Shown here piece by piece: positions 22,514-35,503 of a DNA stretch of 64,000 bases; the first letter of the stretch is position 1; each line of letters begins with the position of its first letter. The DNA comes from Klebsormidium nitens. Taxonomy: Eukaryota > Plantae > Klebsormidiophyceae. The position numbers were made by a program, and so were the translations under genes. The stretch lies in NCBI GenBank assembly GCA_000708835.1, contig DF237425.1:10003-74002 (forward strand). Reading direction: 5' to 3'. The notes below the pieces were generated by a model. It did not search any database. It worked only from the letters and a program-made list of their open reading frames with translations, and was not told the origin of the DNA.

Positions 22514-25500
22514 CTGAGCATGACAAAAGATTCCAGAAATGTGCAGGGCGTTTTGTGGGGCAGTGTTGAGAGCTCTCTAAAGGTTACTCGAGAACTTGGA
22601 GGTTTTGGGCTTTCTTTTGGGGTCTGAATTCAGGGTTTCCAGCAGACCCCAACGAAGAGGAGGGACTGTGGGTTCTAGCTTTGTGGGTGGAGCTGTGAAG
22701 CTAATTTGAATGAGTCGAAGTGGTATAGATGGCTGTTCAAGCTAGATACTGCTTGAGAAGTGGAGAAGTCTAAGCAATCTGTCCTTTGAGCATCTCAGAG
22801 AACTCCTATGGTGGATTGAGTTGAGGGGCCCTACGTCTCGAGGTGCTTCCAAGCATAAAAATGTTGAGCACCTTATCGGGGCCTGCTTTTCATGAGCTAG
22901 AGAACTAGATGGCTCGCTGGTTCTTCAGGCGCTTGCTGGGTGTGTGGAACAATTGAAAAGAAGGGGCAAGGATTTAGGGGTCCTTTCGATCACAGTCTGA
23001 CATGTACAGGTTTACTATTGAAAGTAAAAGCAGGGTCTGTCGGTGGAGGAAGAAGTTTCTGGTCTACGTGTTTCTATGTTTCCGCAGCCAGCATAGGACA
23101 GAATGTCCTTGGGGTTGAAAGAGGTCGAGAGCTCGAGAAGTAAAGGACTGATTTCTATAATCACAAAGGAGCTGCTTATAAAAGTCTTGACAGCTTTGAG
23201 CTGAGCTGAGTAAGCCCAAAGGTTCATTGTTGCCAAACTAAAGAGGCAGCTCAGCATCCCGGACTTCTGTTTCTGATACATCAGAAGAAGTATACAACGT
23301 CACATGCTGCCATATTTGGTACCTCACCGTATTGCTCTCAGGTAGCTTTCAAGGGGTATGCAAGCAACGTCTCCAACTCTCACTCGTTTCCAGGCTCACA
23401 CATACATATTTAGAATAGCTGGGCGAAAGGTACATTAGCTGATTATGCCAAAGACTAGCTACGTAAGAAAAAAGAAAAGCCTCTAGGAGTCAACGCAAGA
23501 GGATGAAAAGGCTCACCATTTTGAGTATCTGTGATGGCGCCCTAGGCTATTAAGTGCCTGCGAGCTCCAAGACCTTTCAAGGTCAGTGGGATGCCCGCCT
23601 CGTAATTGTTCAAGTCGCTTTCTGTGGCCAACAATGAACGTGTCAAAGCACTTGTAGCCCACTTGTAGGCGATTCAAAGGCCTTTGGAAAGTAAGGCCTG
23701 GCGTTCGACACTACTGGTTGAGATTCAGCTGGAGTGTTGCGAGCAGCTGTGCCAACCAAAAGCCTTGACACAGCTGCAAGCTCATTTCTCTCTTTGATTC
23801 TTCAGCGACTTTCAGACGCTGATCATTCTTTTTCAACCTATTCAGGCTCGTCGACAGTGGAGGGCCCCAGCTGCTAGCTAGGACAGCAGCTGTCAGCAGC
23901 TGGCGGGGTCTGTAAAGTTCATACTACCACTGCCAGCTACGGTACTTGTGAACCAAGACTTTAACGTCTCAACTGCAGCTCATCATTGACACAAGGCAAA
24001 CTTTAAGTTTCTGCAAATATACCGTCTCCAGCACACTCAGTCTCTGCATTCCGCGTACATGCGAAGAAGTTGTACTCACCGGTCGGTACCTGCCAACCAT
24101 GTACCGTGTCGTCAGCAAATTGGTGGCAGAGCATCATCAATTAGTTTTCCAACTTTTGGGGCGCAGGAGTCGGGAGGTGCATTATGCAATTTTGATGCGA
24201 TGGTCGATTGCTTTGTCAAGGGCCTGCAAGCTATTTCTTGCACGAAGTTTCTTGTGACAGGCTATAGCCTTCGAAGTGCACGGGCTTGAGGAGACGTGTC
24301 CACAGTACGCGGTAGCTAGGTGCTTAATCACATAGCTAGCTGGGAATCGAGCCTTTCCTGACTCATGTAACCTGCTGAATCTTGAGTCCTGTCGACGTCT
24401 CCCGACTCCGATCCTGAGCGCTGACTGACACAACCATGGTTTAGAATTAATATTACGAAACTACTGTGATTCTGCGCGCGACTGTCGGAAGGAATGGACT
24501 TCTCTATTGTTGCTTGCAGAAGCTGGGAGAGCTCATGATCACCACAACGCCATCATTATTGCGCTCCAATGTTTCAAATTCCGGTCTAACCGGCGGACGA
24601 TTCATCATCTCAACTTTCAACTAGGATGAAAGGCAACAGGGATTCAGAGATCAAGAATGTCTTCGACCAATATCTCAGTATCGCCGGTGAAGACAACTGA
24701 GCGTCGAACCAGCTGCAATCTCACGAGAATGAGCTGAAGCCTGAAACCGCGCCTGGTGACAACGACGGCCGTAAGACTTAGACAGCTGTCGTGTCCAGGA
24801 TCCGCAATTCTAGGTAAGAGAGCGACTTCGCAGGTGGCATGTTGCATTGATGACTGGACACCTGGCATGTGGGCGCAGTCCCCAGCAATCCAAAATCACT
24901 CTTTGCATTGCAAGCAGCGCGGTCAATTACGTGAAGTGCTCTTGCGATCAGCACATCAAGGTAGACTGCATGCCCAACATACTGACCAACAAAAGCTGGC
25001 TGCTGCGCCTGGATCAGTGTTTCTAGTAGGCAGCCATTCTGCACGGCCCCTTTATTTTCAGTGACCGTATCGCAGCTGGGGAGGACAAGCGCCCGCCTTT
25101 GCCAAAGCCGTCAAATAAGGCAAGCTTTTGACTGGTTTCGTGCCCTCTGAGTCGATCTCAGGGCAAGCTTCTCCTGCGGGGAAGAGTTGTTCAGAGCTTA
25201 CACAATCATGTGCAAGAGTATTTCTTTCGGCTTGCTGCCACACTTTTACCGTACTCTCATGATAGATATAGCAGCCCGTCGAAATAGTACTCTTATGCGG
25301 ACATGTAGCATCAAGTATTTCACACTTCTCAAGTTACACTTTGGTCAAGGCTCTGGCAAGAGAAAGGTAATGCACACGCCAGACGTCAACGTCCCTCGAT
25401 ACAAGACCCTTCACCTCGCCAGATATTCGACCCACCGCAGTGTTCCTTCGACCCCAGCAGCCTCCCCCCAGCAGCCTCCCCCAAATTTCTGACCGGGCCA

Positions 25501-25998
25501 GCAGTTCTCAGTCCTTCGACACAGGCAGTCTCCCACCAGCAAACATAATGGCCCCCACTGTCTTGATTTCAAAGCGCTGCTCTCAGGCCTAAAGTTTCTC
25601 AAGTTCCTTGACGCCTCGCCGCCGGCACGCGCTCTCACCTCCCTCTTCCCGCTCCTATTCGAAGTATCCCCCCACTCCGAAGTTGACTGTCCAATCATCC
25701 TTGAATGAGTCGCCGCGGCAGCGGGCCGTACTTCGTACATCAGGAGAGACATCGTGGTTGCATACTTCGCAACCTGGCAGTCAAATCGAATGGGTAAGAT
25801 AGTAGTACAAGCTAGAGCCTCCCATTGACGTAACCCACTACGGGCGCGCGTGCACTGGGAAATCCTCAAGTCATGACAGTCCACAAAACTTGGCAAGGCC
25901 CGTTCCGGCGCCGCCTCACGCTTGAGTGAGAGGCACAACCATGGCTTTCCGGCGAGATAGGTGATTCGACAGTGCATCGACGGTCATACACTTAAGGT

Positions 25999-26296
25999 CA
26001 TCACAAACTCCCCCCCCCGACGAACTGGCGCCTAGTTGGCACCACCCATGCCCGTTCCAAACTGTTGTAATGTTATCCGCCCAAGAGTTGCCAGATTGAC
26101 ACCATCGAAACACCTGATTGGACCTGAGGCATATTTGACGACCAGAAGGCACGTGACAAGTGGGCGTCACGGAGTCTTCTAAGGCATACTTGGTGCCTTC
26201 GTGGTGTCAAAATGTTGTAATGTTTGTTGCCTACTTGCTGCAAACCTTTTTGGCGCCTTCCATGCGTCAATTTGTCGGGGGGGTCATTTTGTAATG
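25999..26296. mobile_element. Degenerate foldback / MITE-like element
   Basis: 46-bp inverted arms 25999-26044 and 26251-26296 match at 34/46 positions by manual alignment. Nested perfect inverted pairs TTGACACCA/TGGTGTCAA and GAAGGCAC/GTGCCTTC. No target-site duplication recognised. Confidence 0.4.
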
Positions 26297-26920
26297 GTTT
26301 GTTGAGCCACGAAAGAGTGTGTCGACCGGACGTGGAGGCAAGCATGAGCAAGCCCAGGAAGCGTTGGCCGCCTACTAAGCGATTCTATCATTCAGGACAT
26401 CATTCGGGCGCCGCATATGTAAACTCCCTAGCACGAGCTGGTACACACCGTCCTGCCAGGCACGATGCATGCAGCTGGTGCAATGCGCATCAGCCTATCA
26501 TTGTTAAGCTGAAATCAGATTTGCAGCTTGCATATGCGTTAAGCAAAGAATCAAATTCGTCTCTGCATGGGCCGCGGCTGGACTCCAATGAGAGCTTTGC
26601 GAGGGCGGCCGCCCTGGCACTGGCCTGGGGGACTGGCCATCTGCATGGCCGATCTATGACACATGCATGGGCTTAGGACTCGGTTGCATCTGCATATCTA
26701 CCAAAAAGTCGCAACACAGCCCGCGACCACATCGGACCACGTCCGGCCACCATGCTCAGCTTGATAGAATCAATATATGAATGGCAGTGGATAACGTACC
26801 GTACCAGGATGGAACAGGCGCATGATAATATGGTGGCGTATACTAGGACGATCCCATCAACTTGCGGACTTCTCAACTCGGAACTGAAATGATCATTAGA
26901 TAGGCGACGTCCTTGAAAGT

Positions 26921-27290
26921 TTGAACGTCAATATCTAGCTTACATTGACGGTACCGATCGAAGATAATCAACGCCAGGAGCGTCGTACGTACTGAGTATG
27001 TTCTGCGGTAGATGTTTGATTTGTCCTGTTCCTATAGAGTACTGCTGCACTGAAGGCTGGTACGTCGCTCCTAGGACGCAGTGAATCAACACGTTTCTCG
27101 AAGGAGACCTTGAAAGCATTAATCAATGTCAAGCTTACATTGTACACCGTACCGACTAAAGATTTAAGGTCATGAGCATCGTACTATGTATATTCAGTTT
27201 GCAGTAGTTATTCAAGTTCCCGCTCCTAGAGTAGTGCTCATGACTGTAGACGCTCAGGAAATCAACACGTTTCTCGGAGGCAAACTGTAT
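26921..27290. repeat. Degenerate direct repeat, about 200-bp period, two copies
   Basis: AGCTTACATTG...GTACCGA...AAGAT and CGCTCCTAG...AATCAACACGTTTCTCG each occur twice about 190-200 bp apart. Confidence 0.5.
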
Positions 27291-28696
27291 AATGTAGCGT
27301 GCAATGATGCACCTCTAAACAAGAATGGGTACAAAGCAGATGATGTTGAAGGTCGAGAACGAAGTGAATTTGACGCTGTCACTGCTGCGGTTACGTTGAT
27401 CAACGCATGGAATCGAGGCAGCGGTACAGGGACAAACGTCCAATCGTACATTCTCTTGAATGAGCATGCCCCACTTGCAGGAGGCATCCAAGGAGAGTCA
27501 CGGTAGAGCTTAGCTTACATTACCTTGCAGAAGCAACACGCGCCAACAATATATATGCTACAGTCCGGTATGCTGAAGAGGTGATCGAGGTCAATCAGTG
27601 TTAGATTCCGTACAAGCTATCTGGGTATAACGGGTTGACCAAGCCTGCTGCTCTGGCGCATGAAGGAGCTATCCCGCGTACCATATGGCGAGCCTCCATA
27701 GCTCATAGGCGATCCCCGGTCGTCTGATTGTCGTGCTACCGAGCGACGGTAATGATCTGCAACGGAGCAGGCACAGGTTCCAGATTCCATTTCAATCGGA
27801 CGTTCTGCTCGAGACCAAACGCAGAGCACTCCCCCCTAAAAGTGGCACGCCTAGCCGAAGGCCAGGTGGGATGCGAGGAAGTGATGGAAAAGCGACCTCC
27901 TTGACAGGTTATCCCAAGCGAACGGAGGCGATAGTACGACCCTTGCAGATGATCATAGAACTAGCAGCGGGAATGCAAGGGCTGTCAACTCTCGGGTATG
28001 ATTTGCTGGCGCCACCCGGCTCATCCCAAGCTTCTCAGCATTTCAAAGGTACATGACAACCATCAGGCACCCAAATAACGGAGGCTCAGGCAGTTCCAAC
28101 CAAGTTGGCGTTTCTTTTCGTGAAAGGGCGGTCATTGGAGGGGATCAGGTTGGCTGGTCCTACCGTGAAGAGTCGGTCAGAATAGCGAAGGGGAAAGGCA
28201 TGTGTCCCTCACCTTTTACACGGACGCTGTCGAGCTCTCTTGCGAGCTCTTGCTTCCACTGCTCTTCCTTGGAAAGCGGCACGTCTTTCAAGCTGCAACA
28301 AGGAAACATCGCAGGGGGTCATCAATCACGATAAGAGGCCTCGGGTATCGGATGTGAGTCGCCCGCAAAATCGTTGTTAACCTTATGGGAGATGCAAAAG
28401 GAGGCTGCCCGATGAGGAGAGCCGCACTGACGAAGAAATTTTGACAGGAAAGAAGACATGCACAACCGAATATTTCGCTCTCGCCCTATCTCGTGCGCTT
28501 GTTCCGAGTTAGCGTCCTGAACACCATAACCAGCACCTCACGTGGGGCAAGACCCGCAATAGAATCTCCTTCCAGTCGAAACAGCTCTTTTAGAAACTGA
28601 ATTCCTCCAATTGGTGAACCTGCCTCAGAGGAATCAGAAGGCAAGAGCATAGAAGGGACGCACAAACGGTCCAGTTCTTTCTCTAAGACATCACTG

Positions 28697-31600
28697 TTAA
28701 GCTTCGCTGCCAACCCACCTTTCGGTCAGGAACGGCTGCGGCGGCCGCCCCAGGTCCAGGTCCGCCCTCGAAGCCCCGCCCTCCAGAAACGACGTTGCCC
28801 GCTTCACCCCAACCGGTACGACACTGACGTCACTCCCGTCCCGACTGCTCCTCGCGCCGCTGCTCCCGCTGGTGCCGCCGCCGCTCCCGCCCTCCCGGAA
28901 ACTGCGCGCACCCCGCGCCCGCGCGATCAATGGCGACGGGCCCCCCTCCGCGGGAACCACGCACCCCCCAGCGTTGGCACGGGTTCGGGGCTCGGTCTGC
29001 GGGACCCGGGGTACCGGGGTACGCGCGTAAGTTTCCTGGCCTCGGGGGGTGCCCCGGAAGCTCCTCGGGGGCGCGTCGTAGCTGTCTCGGTACGGGTCGG
29101 GGGGGTATCCGTTCACTCGCGGGCTGGCGTAGGGATCGGCGGGCTGGGGGGAGTAGCCGTTCCCTCGGGGGGAGGAATAGCTGTCCGCTTGGCTGTACCC
29201 ATTATTGCCTCGGCCGTAAAACTCCCCCCCGCCAGAGTCGGGGTATCCATTACGCCCCTCCTCGTCGGGTGGCGCATACGAGTCGTCTTCTCGAGAGGGC
29301 GACCCCGAGTAGGCTTCTTGCTGCACGCTGGTCGCCCCGTAGCCGTCCGTCTCCTCGCCGGAGCGCTCGTCGGAAGCGTCCGAATACCGGAGGCTCGAGT
29401 TCGCCTGTTCCTCAAGAGGCACAATCAGCTCTTTAAATTTTTGCGCCTGCTCGTCTAGGAACGCCATGAGCGTTTCTTCGTTCACGACTTCCTCGGTGCC
29501 CAGATCTTCCTTTTCCGACCGGCCCTTGGAACCCTCCTCTAACCGCTCGCTTTTGCCTCCGTAACCCTCGTCTAACCTCCCGCTTTTGGCACCATAACCC
29601 TCTTCCAACTTCCCGCCCTTGCCGCCATATGCTTCTTCCGCCTTTCCAGCTCTGCCGTCGTCTAACCGCCCAGACTTGCTCCGATAACCCTCGTCTAACC
29701 TCCCGGTTCTGAGCTCTTCCCCCTCGACTAACCGCCCCGTCCTGCCTCGATAACCCTCGTCCCCCCTCTCCTCTCTATTTACGTATGCTTCCTCCGTCTT
29801 TGACCGCACGCTTTTCCGTTCTTCCTCCCTCTCTCTCGAGCTCTGCCGTGAGTGGGCCCTGCTTTTGGGCGGGTCGGCATTGCTAGCACTGGCGCCGGGG
29901 GTGCCCTCGTTGCTGACAGGGCCTCCCGCGAGCTGCCTGCGAACTTCCGCCGAGACAAGGTTTTCGTCCTCGCTCAAACTGTTGTCCCAGTGTACGATGT
30001 TGACGTCGCCCGCAATCGTTGGCTCCTCCATCGGATTGAACGAGTTCTGTGAGAAAGAAGAAGATGGATCAAGGCTATCTGCCAAACATGGGAGCATCCT
30101 CACAAGAACAGCAAATAGTGAGCGAAGTGGTCAACATCAAGCGGACTCTTCATGATCAACGAGATAAAAGGATAAGCTCTTCACACACTGAGAAAGCTTT
30201 GAAACTACAACAATAAGATCTTCATTGGACAGAGAGAATGAGAAGACGCGAAGGAACACGGAGGGACTCGAAAAAGAGAGGGAAAGCAAGAGGGAAAGAC
30301 GGTATCATAAGTACCGCAATCATATGTCTCTACCCTTACTTCCTTGAAGACCAATATTGGGTCCGCAGGATACATTTCCAAGATAAAATCGCAGGCTTCA
30401 CTTCCGAGCAGATTCGACAGAAAGTTACAGAAGAGTACAGACAGTCAGAAAAACGGGACAGAACAAGGATTTCGAAAGTCGCGGGGGAATTTCGGTGTCG
30501 GGATTACTATGCAGACCTTGTACGCAACAAAAGGGAGCCGCCGTGCCTCAGATCTTGGTGATAGTGTCTATCAGCACTGTTTCTCAGAGTGGTGCATGAC
30601 ATATTTGCATCATAGGCAGCGGCCCCCTCGAAAAATGTCAGTGACATCGTTTCCAGCAGAAGGAATACCAAGCCCGACACTCGGAGCAAGCGTCCAGACA
30701 GCGACAGCCCTTCGGATCCAGCCTGAAAATATCACCAATTTTGTCATAAGAGCTCACCATCATCGAGAGGTTATTGTAATCCCCTACGCCCAGCCCCGTC
30801 GGGAACTGCACCATACCCCGCGCCTCCTCCTCCTCTTCGCTCCTGTGCCCGTTCTGGCGGCCCCCATCCCGGAAGCTCTCCCCGTCCCTAGTTCCCCCTC
30901 CGCTCTCGCCGGGCGAATACTCCCCCCTGCTCGCGGACTGGTCTTCGCCGATTGGGCCCAGCTGATTTTCGTAAGCGAGGCTGGCCTGATTTCGGTTGAG
31001 GCTTTGTGGGGGAAGGGAGGATACTACCGAGCCTTGCCGCATGCTATCGTCGTCGTAACTGGTGGAAGGGGGGAGGGGGGCGGTGGGAGGGGTGGCGGGG
31101 CGCTTGTTCCAGGCGGGAGCGTAGGAAGGCGTACGGCCTCCTGCGCTCGTGAGTGTCTGCACGGGTCACCGGAGAACGGGCATGAGTTGGCTTTCGAAAC
31201 AGCAATTGAATTCTTTGTACAGGAATGTGATTATTCTGGACTCGATTGATGTGACTCAATTGATGTGTATGGCCAATTCAAACGACTAAGATTAGGCCGA
31301 GCCTTCGAAAGGTGGAGGCCTCGGAGAACGATGCTTTTCTGCTTCCACCGACGAGGGTGTGGCGGTTCGTAATCTAAAGCAGTTTCGAACCCGGTCGACA
31401 ATGAGCTCGGAGCCAACCTTCGAAATTGATCGAAAGCAGTAATCAGGTGCCAGAATCAAACAGAAATATCAAAGCCTGGCCAACACATTAAGAACTGCAT
31501 GCATGCTGAACTGTGCCCCGCTCTCCTTTCTCCAAGCCACGCAAGATTATGGGGATGGTTTCACTCACCCCACTGGTCAGCACGGGCGTTTGCTGCGAGG

Positions 31601-34600
31601 GCACAGACGGAAGGAAGGTGCTGCTAGCAAGGGACGGGGAAATGCTAGACCGCTCGAGACCGGCTTCTGCTATGAACGGGTGCTGCACAGAGAACCGGGG
31701 CACGTTAAGGAGCTTTTCCTAGACCTTCAGGAGCTTTCCTTGGAAACGACCAACTCCATAAACGGCGGAGAAGGACGGTCGCGGGGGTTTACTGAAGACA
31801 CACCATTGGTCTAAACTCACTCAATTCTTTTCTTGAAGAATGATGCAACCAATGATTGCTGCTAGTCGCAGTCCCAAACCAGCCTTCGTGTTGTCAGCAA
31901 ACTTTGGTACCTGCCGAAATGTCGAGCTTAAGACAACGATAGATTCCTTTGATTGTCTCCGTCTCTTTTGGTCGACTTCGGTCATGCTAACCGATCTCAG
32001 CACGCTTGGCCCTGTCAGCTCGAAGGTGCGATATCTTCTGCATTACAGATTTCTCGAGCACACAGGACCAGATTCGGCAACAGTCGTTATGATTCCAGAA
32101 CTCGTTCTTCCGAATCATTCTCTACATGAACGAATGTTGCAGAATTTTCCGCACTTACCCTGAGTAGCTCTGTGGCGCTCGGCCTCTCCTTTGGGTCTCG
32201 CCGAAAGCACTTGAGCAGGAAATCGCGTCCATCGGCCGACAGGTTTTCGGGGATCGGCGGGGGGCCTTTTGAGGATGCAATATGGAAAAGTGCGGAGACC
32301 TGCAAAAAGCGTGTATACTTAGCACTACCAATCACCGGCTACAACGAGTGTCTCGTAAAACCATGGCGAAAACCTGAAACCTTTTCAGTGCTGCATGAAG
32401 CTTGATGCTTCCATGGGCCGCAGGGAACAGGGAACAGGGAACAGGGAAGGGTCAGGAGGGACGATTGCGGTTGTGTGTCTTCTCACCCCTGACGAGAACT
32501 GGCTCCAAGGCGGCTTCCCTGTCGCCATCTCAATGACTGTGCACCCAACGCTCCAGATGTCCGCTTGTCTTCCATGCCCCGTTTGCTTGATCACCTCTGG
32601 GGCCATCCAATACGGTGTGCCCTTCATGGACCGGAATCCCTCTGACATGGTCGCCTGTAGAGAAACATTCGAGGTTGTTCGCCTACAAAATCGGAACTCC
32701 TGTTCGCTTCAGAACATTGCAAGGCTACTTCTTGAAATGAAGGCTTGACCGAAGTGCTTGGTTTAGTCCTTAACCTCTGCACAAGGATACTTGAAATGAG
32801 CAGATTGTGAACAATTTGCATGTCGACTGTTACCTTCAACACGAATACGCCTTGTTGAAACCAAAATCTTCAACCAAAGTCGATATAAGGGCACGCTTCC
32901 CATTCCCTAAAACTTCCATTTCCCGCTTAATTGCTGGAAATTTCGAAGAACCAGGGACCATCTTTTGCCTTCCATTTCAGTCACTAAGCAGAAAGTGCAC
33001 GAATCTTTCAAACAACCATCATCCGAGTCGGGAAAGGAGGTACTCGGAACCAATAAAGGGGAGGACACTCACCAAATCAGCTAGCTTCTTCGAAGCTCCA
33101 AAATCAGCGAGCTTGATCACGCCTTTATTGTCCACCAGAATATTGGCTCCCTGCATGGCATAGAAGAGGTTCAGTTGATAATCGGATTGATGGGCCAGCA
33201 TCGACGTTGCTGCAGCAAATTTGAAAGATCGAGAGAATGATAAATAGATTGTGATTAGATTTCAACCTCGTACTCTCCACAAACTTTCGTAAGATCAAAA
33301 TACTCCCACCGCAGCAGCTGTTCTGCCTCAGAACGAGGTCTTGAGCCCGGGCTAGCAGCCTACCTTGATGTCTCGATGCATGATCTGGTGGTTGTGCAAG
33401 TACTCCAAACCAAGCAGGAGCTGGCACGTGTATCTCCGAATGACCTGGGCGCACAAAGTTGCTGTCAGATTGAGGAGGACAAGGAGTTCTGGGGTTACCG
33501 AAGACTGTCCAATGTCGGGGGGCTGCACAGCAAGGAGCGCTTTCTAACACCACGAAGACTGGTTTGAAACCTGTCACAAATCACTGATGCTCACTGCAGA
33601 TCACTATCAACCGAGCGGCTGGAGATGCATTACATATGACAAGACTGCATCTAAAGAGACCTTCCAGGTGGGGAAATGACCAGCCATAGAAGCCATAATC
33701 GAAAAGAGGAGGCTTCTACAATGATTCCTGGTTTCTTGCACTGACGTTATGACGTACCCGCAAGCAATGTGTAATAATTCGAAGAACTTACTGTTTCTTT
33801 GAAGCTTCCAAACTTGGACAGAAGCGAGGCGATCGAGCCCCCAGGGACAAACTCAAGGAAGATATTCAGGCACTCCTCCTCACGGTCGGTTCCCAGGTAC
33901 CGCTGCATGAGCATCATATCCGCATGTCAGGTAGGATTTGTCTATCAAAAAGATGCTCTTGCAACTGCTCCCCCTGGTTTTCTGCGCCGCTTCACCTTGT
34001 AAGCGGGAAAAAGCGGCACAGAAGTTGTGACCTCCTACCTGAGAAAGTATTTCAAGGAGTACTGACCATCCTTTTCTCAGCTTTTCACAACAGAAACTCT
34101 TCTTACACTGGCTGCTTCCAACTGTTGTTGCAACAAGCGGTGTGAAGTGCCTCATTCTGTGCCTTCCCTGTCCGCATCACACGTCCAATCCGCACCAACT
34201 TTTAAAAGGGGGGCATTGCCGTACTTACCACGATGTTCGGATGCGACAGGTTCCGGAGCACAGCCACCTCAGCCTCCAGCCCCTTCAGATGTTCCTGGAT
34301 CTTCTCCTTGGACGTATTATTAGTTGCTAGGAGGACCTGCTTCACTGCTAAAAGCTCCCCCGAATCTAGGTTCATCCCCATGTAGACCCTCCCAAATGCA
34401 CCCGCGCCGATCAGTTGCCCCTTGGCCCATCGGATGGGCTCTAGGGTGTCTTGCGGCGGCCCGACACCCTCGATCATGCGCTGCAGATCGTCGGCGCTAT
34501 CCCCGTTTTCGTGGAAGACTGGAGCTTCGTCAACGCTGTTGAAGTAGTCGTCCTCCGCAGGGGTCTGCAGATCACAGAATGATTGGACCGTGCTTTGCCA

Positions 34601-35503
34601 AAGCTTCAGAATTGGCAGCTGATAATCACAGAATGGATTGGACGAAACGATCATAAAAGGTTGGTTCAACAGATCAACTTTGCCAGATGCTGTTCTTGAG
34701 GCATATGCTGAGAATCATTTCTGCTCAGGAAGGCAGAAAACTTTCGCAGGTAGAAGACCGGCTCTTTCAAAGTGCTCTCCTTGAAAAGTAGCGGTCAGAC
34801 GTTGTAGATGCCTCTAAGACAACTTTTCATCCCACGAGATGTGGAGATGAATTACAACCTGCTAGCAATAGGGGCTAGCTGTTGCTCAACCCTAACGCTT
34901 GATCGTTTATGCAGGAGATCTGCGCGCCAAAGCAGGCGTCCACCTTGGAACCAGCGGAAAAGATTATTGGGGCCAAACCTGAGGCGTGCTTGCGCTTGGG
35001 GGGGTGGTCAGGTTTGCAGGGATGCTTGGGGGGATGTCCACCCGCAAGTCACGATTTGCACGTGGTGGTCTTTCCTCCCCTCGGGGCTGCATTTGAGGCA
35101 CATTCCCATGAATAGTGGATAAACAGAGCGGTCCATTCTGCAGGGTCCCTGAGGAAGGTTACATCATCGGACAATATTCGTTCACAAGGAGAGTTAAGGA
35201 ATAGAAGAAGCACAGATTGATTTGGAGTCCTCCAACTGGAATTGAGGAGGAGCCCAATGTGAACCCAACCATATGCACAATCCAATGGTTTGAAAATGGC
35301 GATTTGCAGATACTCACCCTTGCATTCCGGTTCACATCAACTCTCCTGCTCTGGCCCGCTTCAAACCTTGATGCAGCATAGGAACTTTCTCGGCCTCCAA
35401 GTGGTTTCTGCCGGACGTCAGCACTTGCATGGTTTGCATAGCTGTGCTGTCCATAAACAGCATTCTGGACATAGGCTGGATGCCCATCCTGCAAGCGCCC
35501 CAT
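28697..35503 (-). CDS. NPK1: MAP kinase kinase kinase, NPK1/ANP family
   Basis: Exons 35503-35318 (tentative first), 34564-34229, 33902-33792, 33444-33364, 33150-33073, 32654-32487, 32299-32159, 31682-31569, 31156-30758, 30046-28697. Kinase motifs [53 protein letters not shown]-type C-terminal motifs SFNPMEEP and [20 protein letters not shown] possible extra 3' intron (AG|GTGGGT near 28716) is unresolved. Confidence 0.92.
29520..29760 (-). repeat. Coding tandem repeat, 33-nt / 11-aa unit ([11 protein letters not shown]-like), in the MAPKKK C-terminus
   Basis: About 6-7 imperfect units: [64 protein letters not shown]. Confidence 0.8.

Noticed and set aside
23015-23281. ORF as the first exon or transit peptide of SET2
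   Set aside because: No convincing phase-0 donor found to join it to 22513.
23300-25980. Short ORFs (24778-25044, 25058-25243, 25411-25977) as a gene
   Set aside because: Frequent stops in all frames, no domain, and no supportable exon chain.
28930-31249. Plus-strand ORFs 28930-29436, 29852-30155, 30344-31249
   Set aside because: Antisense shadows of MAPKKK exons.
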